From: Chiloscyllium plagiosum
Taxonomy: Eukaryota
Length of the DNA: 64,000 bases
Direction: 5' to 3'
NCBI RefSeq assembly: GCF_004010195.1
Contig: NC_057719.1
Coordinates: 46,542,137 to 46,606,136 of the forward strand
This document shows, one piece after another, positions 26,711 to 38,114 of this stretch. The notes under the pieces are model-generated. The model made no database searches. It was not told where the DNA came from and saw nothing but the letters and a program-made list of their open reading frames with translations. How positions within the stretch are numbered: position 1 is the stretch's first letter; each line of letters opens with the position of its first letter. The translations under genes and the position numbers were made by a program.

Positions 26711-26994
26711 TAATGAGCTCTGACTCACAATCCCTTCGTGAATCGAGTCTCATTCACTCCAGCAGGCTAAATGTCACCCAGCCACATCCCTCCACTTTAA
26801 ATGATTGTTTAAGGTTGGAAATAGTGTAAATTATTTGCCATTGCACTATTTGCCAGTCGCAAAGTTACCATTGAATGAGGTGGCTTTTTTGAGCAGAGAC
26901 CAAGGTTTTCAATGAGCAGTGACCACTCTCCCTCATGTATTCAATCTCACAAGTTAGCTCCTTTCTGGAAATCTGTTCCGACATTACCTCACAA

Positions 26995-27370
26995 AAACAG
27001 CAACAACTTGCAGTCATGTAGTGCCTTTAACCAGTCACACCACCCCCTCAATACTACAGAAGTCTGATTTTTGATAGAAATGGAAACTGGTGCAAGGGGA
27101 TATCAGGGCAGTGAGCATGAGGTGCAGGTGGACCACTTTGATCCAAAATGTAGGTTTTTAAGAGCAAGAGGGAAAGGAGAGATCAAGGTAAAGGGGTTAA
27201 AGCGGGAACTTCAGAGTATAGGGCTCAGATAGTTCAAAGTGCAGCCAGTGAAGGTTAAAAATAAGGCCACCGAAGAGGATATAGAATTTGAAGAGTGAAG
27301 ATATCCCAGAGAACTGGCAGAGGCTACAGAGACAGGGCGAGAATAAAGTCATGAGGGACTATCGCTTGGT
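26995..27370 (-). mobile_element. L2-like LINE 3' fragment
   Basis: aacaacttgcagtcatgtagtgcctttaac resembles a reversed L2-type 3' terminus; the rest is decayed. Confidence 0.5.
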
Positions 27371-27420
27371 CAGCTGGATCACACAGGAAGAGAGTACACC
27401 ATCAATCCACTGAAACAAAC

Positions 27421-27737
27421 AGCATGATGGCTCAGTGGTTTGCACTGCTGCCTCACAGCATCAGGGAGCTAGCCTCAGGCAACTGTCTGTGTGGAGTTTC
27501 CACATTCTCCCCATGTCTGTGTGGATTTCCTCCCACAGTCCAAAGATATGCCGGTCAGGTGAATTGGCCATGCTAAATTGCCCATAGTGTTCAGGGATAT
27601 GTAGGTTAGGTCCATTAGTCAGGGGTAAATGTAGAGTAATTGGGTTGGGAATGAGTCTGAATGGAATATTCTTTGGTGGGTCAGTGTGAACTTGTTGGGC
27701 CAAATGGCCTGTTTCCACACTGTATAGATTCTATGAT
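27421..27737 (+). mobile_element. HE1-type tRNA-derived V-SINE
   Basis: A-box-like tggctcagtggtt, V-domain-like gtggagtttccacattctcccc..cacagtccaaaga, and a CR1-like 3' tail. Confidence 0.9.
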
Positions 27738-27949
27738 CTTCTGTACCTAATTGAGAAAAAGCTCGAATCTCTAGACAAAACTGAAACTACTACAATCACA
27801 AACAGTGTTAGTACGATACCAATCCAATGCCCTTTCCTTGTTGCTTGCCTCTGCGGCAATGACTGACTGTCACTCCCTCTGAGTTTAGTTTCACGAGAAT
27901 GGTTCCCTGTTTGATGAACCACAATTATGGGGAGGGATTGGAGAGACTT

Positions 27950-28549
27950 ACAGGAGTTGGGAGGTCACGTTGCGGTTGTACAGGACATTTGTTAGGCGAC
28001 TTGTGGAATATTGCATGTAATTCTGGTCTCCTTTCTATCGAAAAGACGTTGTGAAACTTGAAAGGGTTCAGAAAAGATATACAAGGATGTTGCCAGGGTT
28101 GCAGGATCTGAGCTATAGGGAGAGGCTGAACAGGCTGGGGCTGTTTTCCCTGGAGTGTCGGAGGCTGAGGGGTGACCTTATAGAGGTTTACAAAATTAAG
28201 AGGGGCATGGATAGGATAAATAGACAAAGTCTTTTCCATGAGGTCGGGGAGTCCAGAACTAGAGGGCATAGGTTTAGGGTGAGAAGGGAAAGATATAAAA
28301 GAGACCTAAGGGGCAACGTTTTCATGCAGGGGATGGTACACGTATGGAATGAGCTTCCAGAGGAAGTGGTGGAGGCTGGTACAATTGCAACATTTAAGAG
28401 GCATTTGGATGGGTATATGAATAGGAAGGGTTTGGAGGGATATGTGCTGGGCGCTAGCAGGTGGGACTAGATTGAGTTGGGATATCTGGTCGGCATGGAT
28501 GGGTTAGACTGAAGGGTCTGTTTCCATGCTGTACATCTCTATGACTCTA
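27950..28549 (+). mobile_element. Young CR1 3' end
   Basis: ORF 28051..28470 and ctctatgactctat tail. Confidence 0.95.
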
Positions 28550-28730
28550 TTACACAAATAATCCTATATTTGTATCCATTTCAGAATTTGTTTCATATGG
28601 ATCTCTTCATGTTAATCTAAATTTGGTTTAATCCAGCATGGAGGATAATTTTGTTGTACAGATCCAGAAAAAATAAATAAAAAAGTATCTTTAACATTCA
28701 AATTTAACACAAAACAACAGACTGTGTGAA

Positions 28731-28853
28731 TGAAACAAAGAACTACAGATTCTGGAAATATGAAACAAGAACAAAATTTGCTGGAGAAATTCAGCAGGTC
28801 TGTGGAGAGAGAGAACAGTCAACGTGTTGAGTCCAGTTACCTTTCTTCAGAAC
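28731..28853 (-). mobile_element. PLE terminal fragment, family C
   Basis: gctggagaaattcagcaggtctg...ctttcttcagaac, homologous to the 25733 copy. Confidence 0.65.
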
Positions 28854-28924
28854 TCTGTGAATGGCTTCTTCATTTTTATGGCCTGTTTCTTATTCTGGAA
28901 TGTCAGGATTTTAATCTGCTACTG

Positions 28925-29420
28925 CAGCCGCTGCTCGTCACTGCTCCTGCTAGGTGGTCTGCTCTTATGGTCTGCTACAGTTGTGGGTCTTGTACCATCT
29001 TCACCCATCCACTGTAGACTGGTGACAACTACTCTGTAACATCCATTAACCAGCGACGCCGAGGTTCATTCCTTGTTTTGCTGCCCACACTTTGTCGCAA
29101 GAAGAGATATCTGTAGCTTTTCAGCTTCGATAAAATGGCCAAAATAATGACCCTTCGTTTCATGCAGGTCACTTTTAGCTGTTCTTTTTGATTTTGCAAT
29201 TTCATGTAGTTTTCCATGCGTCCTTTGATTTGTATATGGAATTTTTAACATGCTTCCTCGCATCCACATTGCAAAGGCCTCTGCTTTCTTCCATAAACTT
29301 GTACTCATTGTTCAGGTTTCTGGGGCATGTAGGAAATTGCATAAACGGTAGCAACTTTTGAGTACTTTACTTGTCACAGCCTTGAGTTTTCCTGTTGCTA
29401 ACATCTTCCATTTCCACAAG
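28925..29420 (-). mobile_element. RTE-clade LINE 3' fragment
   Basis: Minus-strand KVLKSCY..FLHAPET*TMS..LWKKAEAFAMWMRGSMLKIPY...KGHYFGHFI...PRRRWLMDV matches the RTE C-terminal pattern (ETWT...LEAFEMW.YRRML.I.W...YFGH...GRPR.RW). Confidence 0.8.
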
Positions 29421-29565
29421 GTATTTATTACAATCAAATCACTTAATGCTTATGAAAATAATTCTATAGAACAATTAATTTTTAGATACTGAAAATTTAA
29501 CTTGTCAAGAACAGAAAACATTTTCTCGATGGTTTGTTACTTTTTTGAATAAGTAATACAAAGCA

Positions 29566-29752
29566 AAAATCACACAACACCAGGTTATAGTCCAACAAGT
29601 CTAATTGGAAGCACCAGCTTTGTCACAACCACCTGATGAAGGAGCGTCGCTCCGAAAGCTAGTGCTTCCAATTAAACCTGTTGGACTATAACCGAGTGTT
29701 GTGTGATTTTTAACTTTGTACACCCCAGTCCAACACCGGCATCTCCAAATCA
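29566..29752. mobile_element. Palindromic PLE-derived element, family A
   Basis: Inverted arms aaaatcacacaacaccaggttatagtccaac / gttggactataacc..gttgtgtgattttt; TSD taatacaaagca at 29554-29565 and 29753-29764. Confidence 0.92.
29630..29664 (+). ncRNA. Minimal type I hammerhead ribozyme motif (family A, intact core)
   Basis: cac-CTGATGA-a-ggagc-gtc-gctcc-GAA-AGCT-A-gtg: stem I cac/gtg, 5-bp stem II, palindromic stem III. Confidence 0.8.
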
Positions 29753-30864
29753 TAATACAAAGCAGAGCATGTATCACAGATTAAAATGTTTAGATCTAAT
29801 CAACTTATCTTTAAGCAAATACACAAGTCCCCTGAGCCTCAGAGAAAAGGAGACTGAAGTCAAATACGGTCAACCTGGTTTCAATGCACAAAGTGGATCA
29901 CTTTGTGATGAAAACACTTTATTTGAAGAATTAGCTGCATTTGTTTTGAAGCAACCTCTTGTGTTACATTGAAATTTGTTATTTCCTCAGCTATACAACA
30001 ATTACATGCAAAGTGGAAAGCCTATGGGATTAATTTATGTAATTTTGTACCAGTGAAACAGTGAAAAACTGGAAGGATCAAGAATGAAAAGATTAAGGAT
30101 TAAAAAGCTGAAGCAAATCACTTTTCTTCTGAAATTGTGCAACTTACAAATAGATGTTTTCTTGTTGAAAGGTAAGAAAAATAAAAACTGCAAAAGGAGA
30201 TACACAAATGGAAAATTCTTTAAAATAATACATAGACATTGTTTGTACTAAACTATTCTAAGATGAGATGAGATGTTAAGATGAAACCCTGCTTACTGGA
30301 TTTATATAAGGCCATTACACATAGGTAAGACGAAAGAAATATGTTGAAAAGTGAAATCTGGACAGTGAAAGAGTTATCGCTAAATTTAAAATCTTGTCCT
30401 AACTAATGGAAAGTGTAGTAAGAGGACTACTCTAAAAGTTGAATTATGACAAATCCGTTGCCATACCAGCTTTGTTACTATCTAATTTTATTTTAATTAC
30501 ATTTTTAATTTTCTTTCTTCACTGCATAGTTCAGCTGGAAGGATGGATCAATCCATTTTGGCATATACTCTTCTGTTTTACTTTTATTGAATATATAAAT
30601 TAGTGTTATTTTGGTTTAAGACTGATAATAGAGATTAGAGGAAAATGTATTAAATATCATTATTTCCACAAATTTTAATTTCACTGGGTAATCAGACAAA
30701 ATATGTAAATGTCACAGGGAGACTAACCATCAATTCATACTTTCTTCTCAACACTGAGTTTGAACAGTAGCACAAATTAGATACTGAAAATTTAACCTAT
30801 CAAGAACAGAAAACATTTTCTCTATGGTTCATTCCTTTTTTGAATAAGTAATACAAAGCAGAGC

Positions 30865-31548
30865 TGTTTTATTCATTTGCAGAATGTGGGTATTGCTGGA
30901 TGGCCAACATTTATTACCAGTCCCTAGTTGCCCTTGAAGCGATTGGTAGAACTGAATGGCTTGCTAGGCCTTTCAGAGGGCAATTGAGAGTCAACCACAT
31001 TGTACTGGAGTTATGTGTAGGCCAGAGCAGTTGAGGGTGGCAGATTTGCTTCCCTGAAGAGCATTAATGAATCAGATCAGTTTTTCAGACAATTGACAAT
31101 GATTTCATGGGCACTAGTAGATTCTTAATTTGAGATTTTTTCTTATTGAATTTCCCCAGGGCAGGATTGACTGTCACGAGGAGTCATAGTTTGAAGATAT
31201 TAGGAGGAAGGTAGAAAGGAGACGTCAGAGGTAGGTTCTTTACGCAGAGAGTTGTGAATGCATGGAATGCGTTGCCAGCGGTGGTGGTGAAAGCAGAGTC
31301 ATTAGGGATATTTAAGCGACTGCTGGACATGCACATGGATAGCAGTGAGTGGGGAGTACGTCGGTTAAGTTATTATATGTTAGATTATGATTAAATCTCG
31401 GCACAACATCGTGGGCCAAAGGGCCTGTTCTGCGCTGTGCTTTTTCTATGAATTTAAACTCCAGTATCTAACTTGGATCCCCAGAACATTAATTGAGTTT
31501 CTGGATTCATAGTCTAACAATAATACCACTAGGCTATCGCCTCCCCAT
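30865..31548 (-). mobile_element. Deu-domain-like (SacSINE1-type) SINE, split by a CR1
   Basis: ggcagatttgcttccctgaagagcattaatgaa core and reverse head aataataccactaggctatcgcctcccc; homologous to 34655-35236. Confidence 0.7.
31153..31450 (+). mobile_element. CR1 3' end nested in SINE
   Basis: TRSHSLKI..G.FFTQRVVNAWNALP; gggccaaagggcctgttctgcgctgt. Confidence 0.9.
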
Positions 31549-32298
31549 AGTTCGTAGATGGGAGTAGATTTTCATAATTACTTTTTGTGCATCTATTATT
31601 CTTTAGACCTTTAAGAATAATATTGGAGACTATAATCCTATTGTGACAATAACAATTTATATCCTTGTACGCGATTACAATGGTCATACTTGTGTTTTAT
31701 AAGTAAGACACATGACAGTTCCTGTACGTGAAGGTGTTTAGCCTTTCTTTCTAACCCTAATTCGATAAAAAGGGAATCCAAATATTTTCACACTGACTTC
31801 ACAAAAAGTGAACACAAAGTTGTACAAAATATTCCAATTTCAATATCACCCTCACTGCTTTTCTTGGAATGCTCCTCACCTGCGACAGCAGTATTTGATG
31901 AAGATAGGAGAGAATCATTGAAATTTTCAATTGATTGCGACCCTTTTACCAGTATATGAGTGTCACCAATTTAAAACTGGTAGGCAACTTGGCCACCTCA
32001 TTTGCTACCAGGACACATCTGATAAAATGTGAAGGAAAATATAAAGACCCAGGACCAAGAAGAAAACTGGAATGCCAAAGCTGTTGGAAGAGAACAAAGG
32101 CCATAGTTTCTGCGTGCCAGCAAACCACTGAGAAATGCATTTGTTGAATTATTTGCCGTCCCTCCCTCACTTCACAGAAGCAACAATTACTCTTACCAGC
32201 AGGACCTAGTTTTTCATCACCTCCCACTCAGCCTAAGATGACTGTATTCTGATTATAATTGAAACATCACGATCAACAAACACTTATCCAAACAATCA

Positions 32299-34450
32299 GA
32301 ACATAGAACATAGAACAGTACAGCGGTTTGGCCCTCCGTGTCTCTGCCAACCACAATACCATTCTAAACTGTTCCCATCTGCCCGCACATGAACCATATC
32401 CCTCTATTCTCTGCTCACTTATGTATCTGCTTAAATGCCCCTTAAGTTTTGAGAATGTATCTGCCTCTACCACCTCCGCTGCCAATGCATTCCATTCAGC
32501 TACCACTGTCTATGTAAAACAAAACTTTCTATGCAGATCTCCTTTCAATTTACCCACCTCTCATCTTAAACCTTTGTCCCTCGTATTTGGTATTTCCACC
32601 CTGGGAAAAAAACTCTGACTATTCTCCCTATTCAAGCCTCTCATAATTTTTATCTATTTCTATCAGTTCGCCCCTCAGTCTCCAACACTCTAATGAAAAC
32701 AATCCAAATTTGTCCAGCCTCTCCTTATGGCTATTACACTCATTCCAGGCAACATCCTGGTAAACCTCTTTTGCACCCTCTCCAAAGCCTATATATGCTT
32801 TCTGTGGTGTGGGGATCTGAACTGTGGGGATCTGAACTGCACACAATACTCTAAATGTGGCCCCACTAAAGTTTTATACAGCTGCAACATGACTTACCAA
32901 CTTTTATGCTCAATGCTCTGATCGATGAAGATAAGCACGCTGTACACCTATTGGAATCACTTTGAGGGAGCTAGGGACTTGCACCCGAAGACCCCTCTGT
33001 ATATCAATGCTCTTAAGAGTCTTCCCATTTACTGTATACTTTCCTCCTGCATTTGACCATCACCTCACACTTGGCTGGATTAAACTCCATCTACCATTTC
33101 TCAACCAATGTTTCCAACTGAACCATATCCTGCTGCATCCTTTGGTAATCTTCCTAACTAGGCTTACCTACATTAATAATTTTCAAAACACCCAATATTC
33201 TTCCTTCTTAATGTCAACGTGTTCTAGAATATCAACAAACCCCTCCTTAATCTTACAATCATCTCCATCCTTCTCATAAGTGAATACTGATGCAAAGTAC
33301 TCATTTAGGACTTCACCTACTTCCTCTGGTTCCTCATGTAAATTCCCTCCTTTGTCCTTGAGTGGTCCTACCCTTTCCTGAGCCACCCTCTTGCTCCTAA
33401 TAGTCAGAAGAAATGCCTTGGGATTCTCCTTAATCTGACTTGTCAAGGACATTTTGTGGCTCCTTTAAGTTCTTCCCTGCTTCCTTTATTCTCCTCAAGG
33501 GTCTTATTTGATTTCAGTTTCCTAAATCTTACATATGCTTTCCTTTTTCTTTTTGACTGAACTTCTGTTATCCCGCATCACCCAGGTTTCCTGGATATTG
33601 CCATCTTTATCTTTCATCCTCACAGGAACATCTTGGTCCTGAACTCTGTTCAACTGGACTTCGAAAGACTCCCACATGTCAGATGTGGACTTACTCTCAA
33701 ACCGCCACCCCAATCTAATTTTGCCAGTCTCTGTCTAATACTATTGCAATTAGCCTTCCCTCAGTTTAGCACTTCTACCCGAGGACCAGTCTTATCCTTA
33801 TCCATAACTCTATTTTTAAAGTTAAAAATCACACAACACCAGGTTATAGTCCAATAGGTTTAATTGGAAGCACACTAGCTTTCGGAGCGACACTCCTTCA
33901 TCAGTGTGCTTCCAATTAAACCTGTTGGACTATAACCTGGTGTTGTGTGATTTTTAACTTTGTACACCCCAGTCCAACACCGGCATCTTCAAATCATGTC
34001 TATTTTTAAACTTATGGAATTATCATCACTGTTCCCAATGTGCTCCACCATTAAAAACTTTGATCACCTGGCCAAGCTCATTCCCCAATACACAATCTAA
34101 TATGATCCTTCTCTCATTGGATTATCTACATATTGTTAGGTGCATCCTTCTGCATCGCCTGTCTGCCACTCCTGCCAGTCACCCACCTATCTAGCTGATC
34201 ACATCCCTGAAACTCCTACTTAGAAAACTTTCTTGCTTCCTGTATGGTGTTCACTGAGTCTAGCTTCCTGCTCCAACTGATCCATGTGGTCTGAGAGGAG
34301 CTGTGGGCGGAAACACTTCCTGCAGATGTAGCTGTCGGGGCATTTGATATCTCTCCGATCTCCCACATGTCACAGGAGGAGCATACCACTCCACTAACTG
34401 CCATTTCCATCCCTCTAGTGATTATGGGATTAACTTTACCATACATTAAT
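32299..34450 (-). mobile_element. Long, internally deleted CR1 (ORF1 start to 3' tail)
   Basis: Tail gaacatagaacatagaac; ORF2 peptides IKENPKAF..GPLKDKGG..EVLNEYFASVFT; ORF1-like CSSCDMWEI at ~34390. Confidence 0.85.
33821..33998. mobile_element. Palindromic PLE-derived element, family A, nested in CR1
   Basis: ~55 bp near-perfect arms; the loop is a minus-strand hammerhead core; TSD tctatttttaaa at 33809-33820 and 33999-34010. Confidence 0.92.
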
Positions 34451-34713
34451 GCCGCTTGTCCTCCTCAGCAACACCTGACTCTCAAAAAAGCCTACACTTT
34501 GACCTCAATAGCTGCACTTTGACCCTAACAGCCCATCTCCAAAATGGCAGCTTCCACTAAAACTTGAGCTTTAACCACTATCGGTTTGAAGGAAAATCTT
34601 TCCCAGAATCCTCCTCCTTCTCATTACTGCCCTCTGTTAGATTTTTGACCAATTTCTTTATTTTATTCATTAGATATGGGTGTTATCAGCTAGGCCAGCA
34701 TTGTATTGCCTAA

Positions 34714-34922
34714 GGTAAAAACAATGACTGCAGATGCTGGAAACCAGATTCTGGATTAGTGGTGCTGGAAGAGCGCACCAGTTCAGGCAGCATCCGAGGA
34801 GCAGTAAAATCAATGTTTCGGACAAAAGCCCTCTGATGAAGGGCTTTTGCCCGAAACGTTGATTTTACTGCTCCTCGGATGCTGCCTGAACTGCTGTGCT
34901 CTTCCAGCCCCACTAATCCAGA
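34714..34922. mobile_element. Palindromic PLE-derived element, family B
   Basis: ~80 bp inverted arms; TSD attgtattgcctaa at 34700-34713 and 34923-34936. Confidence 0.92.
34833..34860 (+). ncRNA. Minimal hammerhead core (family B)
   Basis: CTGATGA-a-gggc-tttt-gccc-GAA-ACGT-T; the 5' strand of stem I is disrupted by the inversion junction. Confidence 0.7.
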
Positions 34923-36194
34923 ATTGTATTGCCTAACCCTAATTACCCAAAGTTTTAAGAGTCAAACACATTGCTGTGTGTCTGAGTCACATATCTGTGG
35001 CCTCACCAGATAAAAAGAGCGGTCTTTCTTCCCTAAAGGACATTATTGAACCAACTAGGTTTTTATAACAACCAACATTAGTTTCATGGTCACCATTAGA
35101 CTTTAAATTACCGATTTGTTATTGAATTAAAATTCTACCATCTCCCATAGCAGGATTCAAACCTGGTTTCCCAGAACATTATCAGGGTCTCTGGATTAAT
35201 AGTCCAGCTATAATACCACTACCCATTGCCTCTCCTGTTATTCCCAATAACCACAACTTTGTATAAATACAAAAGAATTTGATTCAATAATCTAATGTTT
35301 ATCTTAATGGCTTTTCTATTTTTTACTAACCCAGTCACTAGAAGATTCTGTCCCCGTGTAAGGTGCAAGAACAAAATCATTCTTTCAGTACTGAAAATGG
35401 AAAACTCCTATGTGACTAATATTCTTGAGCAGATTGAAGACCACAAAAAAATCCTCAAAATCTGTGATCTTACGTAAAATGCAATTTTACATCAGTCACA
35501 TTTTCCTTAGACAAATTTGATCTTCTCAATCTTCATTTTTTTGAATATGCCTCCATGTTTTTGTGCTGGCACTCATGCGGTTGCTGAGAGTTATATTTAA
35601 CACTAAGCAAAATACTATGAAATGACAATGGAGACCACTTTGACCTTATGTCAAGTCTAAAACTATTAGACAGAGGTCCCAAGTTATATTCCTCACAATT
35701 CTTATTACATTCCTTTAAAGTGATCAAAGTTTGCCAATGAACGAGGAGGAAAAAGAAGTAAAACCAAGGTGGCAATACCCCTAATGTGCCCTCACAAATA
35801 ACTTGCACGCTGAGTGGCCTCCTTTCCAAAAATAATAATGTTGTGAATTGGTGTACCATGCAAGATGCAATTTGTGTGTCCTCCTCTCAATAAGAGTTCT
35901 TAAGCCATGAAGGATTAGACTCAATCACCCTGTCAATGCTGCATTAATAGATCACTCATCATAACGTTATTGACCATCAATAAACTTTTATCCCTCAATG
36001 TGAAATAAGGTTAAAATGTCATTTAAGTCGGGATTTTAATACAAAGCACTTCCATTTTTTGTAGCAAAATATGATCAAGACCTTACTTAAAAAGGTTGCA
36101 ATTGTACAGTATGTTGCCATTTATCCAATGATAGATTTATGTTTAAGTCTGATGTGAATAATTAGGATATGTCATCAAAATTACTGCTACAACA

Positions 36195-37501
36195 CATAAG
36201 AGGGGAAAAACGTGACTTGAGATATCTTTGGCAAATAGGGTGAAGGAGAATCCAAAGAGATTCTACAAATGCATTAAGGGAAAATGAGTAACTCGGGAGA
36301 GAATAGAGCCCCTTAAAGATCAACAAAGCCTTATATGTGTGGAACCACAGGAGATAATAAACGAGCATTGTGTGTCAGTATTTATGGTGGAGAAGGATGT
36401 GGAAGCTCGAGAACTTGAGGAAATCAGTGATGTCTTGAAAAGTGTTGAGAGTGTGGTGCCAGAAAAGCACAGCAGGCCAGGCAGCATCCGAGGAGCAGGA
36501 AAATTGACATTTTGGGCATAAGCCCTTCATCAGGAATGAGGCTTGTGGACCGGGAGTTACTGAGAGATAAATGGGAGGGGGGGAGGGTGGGGTTGGGGGG
36601 AAAGTAGCTGGGAATGTGATAGGATAGGTCAGAGAGGAGGGTGGAGTGGATAGGTGGGAAAGGTGATGGACAGGTTTGGTGATGGGAGGTGAGGTTGTGG
36701 TTGAAGGGACAGTAGGTCCATATTACAGAAGAAGACGTGCTGGTCGTCTTAAGATGCTTAAACGTCGATAACTCCTTGGTACCTGATCAGATGTATTCTG
36801 GAACTTCGTGGAAAGCTAGGGAAAAGATTGCTGGGCCCCTTACTGAGATATTTTCATTCCTTGATGGTGGATAGGATAATGAAGAAGGCATGGCACACTT
36901 GCCCTAATTGGTCAGTGCACTGAGTATATGAGCTGGGATGTCATGTTACACTGTACAGGACATTGGTGAGGCCACTTTTGCAATACTGCGTTCAATTCTG
37001 GCCTCCCTGCTATAGGAAAGATGTTGTTCAACTTGAAAGGATTCAGAAACGATTTACAAGGATGTTGCTGGGATTGAAGGGGTTGAGCTATAGGGAAACA
37101 CTGAATAGACTGGGGCTGTTTTCCTCAGAGGCTGCGGGGTGACCTTATCGAGGTTTATAAAATTTTGAGGAGAATGGATAGAGTGAATAGCCAAGGTCTT
37201 TTTTCCCCGAGCAGAGAAATCGACACTAGAGGGATTTGGTTTAAGGTGAGAGGGGAAAGATTTTAAAGGGACATAAGGGGCATCATTTTTACACAGAGGG
37301 TGGTGCATGTATAGAATGAGCTGTCAGGTAGAGGCAATTACAACATTTAAAAGGTATCTGGACAGGTACGTGAATAGGAAGGGTTTAGAGGGATGTGGTC
37401 CAAATGCTGGCAAATGGGTCTAGATCAGTTTAGGATATCTTGTTAGCATGGATGAGGTGGACTGAAGGGTCTGCTTCTCTGTTGTATAACTCTATGACTC
37501 T
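36195..37501 (+). mobile_element. CR1 ORF2/3' fragments with internal deletions
   Basis: KENPKRFYKCIK..EPLKDQQ..LCVEPQE; ctctatgactctaa tail. Confidence 0.85.
36446..36715 (-). mobile_element. PLE 3' fragment, family B, nested in CR1; decayed hammerhead at 36503-36537
   Basis: Reverse attcCTGATGAagggcttatgcccAAAATGTC; splits CR1 text gaaaagtgt^gtccatattacag. Confidence 0.8.
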
Positions 37502-38114
37502 AAGATGTTATCTATCACAGTGGAAATCAGATAAGGTCATATCGCGAGGATAGAGGGAAACTGTCATCACAACTGGAACAAGTGATTTAGGATAACATGT
37601 CAATTGTTATTGGTGAGGTCCATTCATAAGCTGGTACTTTCACTGTTTCTGTGACTTCTTATACATGGACAACAAAACAAGTACATACATTTGTAGAATT
37701 CCCAACAAATAACTCCACAGACCATTGCTGCCCTCTCCCCACTACCCATCATGAATAGTTAACCTCACTATTTTCTCCCTATTGACTAATGGGTCACAAT
37801 TTGCTAAACAGCCATTCAGTAACAGCCATCTTACATACACTTGATTGTTGTGGGCTATGTTGGGGCAGAATTGGGTGAGATGTTCTTCGAGGCTTATCTT
37901 TACATTGGGACCAACTCACGGCAGTTTGTAACTAACTTTCAAGCATCGCACTCAGCAACAGCAAGTTGCCTATTAAGGGGGAATTATTGCTGGTTAATGA
38001 CCTTATTAACTGTAGATTTTGCCTCAATAATATTCAGTTTCCTATTCGACCACCCGGCACAAAAAATGCGCACTGAGAATTCTCAACATGGAAGTCAGAG
38101 CTGTAACTGGTAAC

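Larger units (their letters stand above)
29482..30864 (+). repeat. ~88 bp direct duplication (29482-29565 plus 29765-29768, versus 30777-30864)
   Basis: ttagatactgaaaatttaac...gaataagtaatacaaagcagagc occurs twice; the first copy is split by a PLE insertion. Confidence 0.9.
34655..35236 (-). mobile_element. Deu-domain-like SINE, split by a PLE element
   Basis: cttccctaaaggacattattgaacc core; reverse head ggattcaaacc..taataccact. Confidence 0.7.

Noticed and set aside
27421..27500. tRNA gene
   Set aside because: Only the tRNA-derived head of a SINE; the B-box appears deleted and there is no cloverleaf
34714..34922. DNA-transposon MITE or pre-miRNA
   Set aside because: Long variable TSDs, asymmetric arms with a one-sided tail and a hammerhead core fit a PLE-derived inversion better
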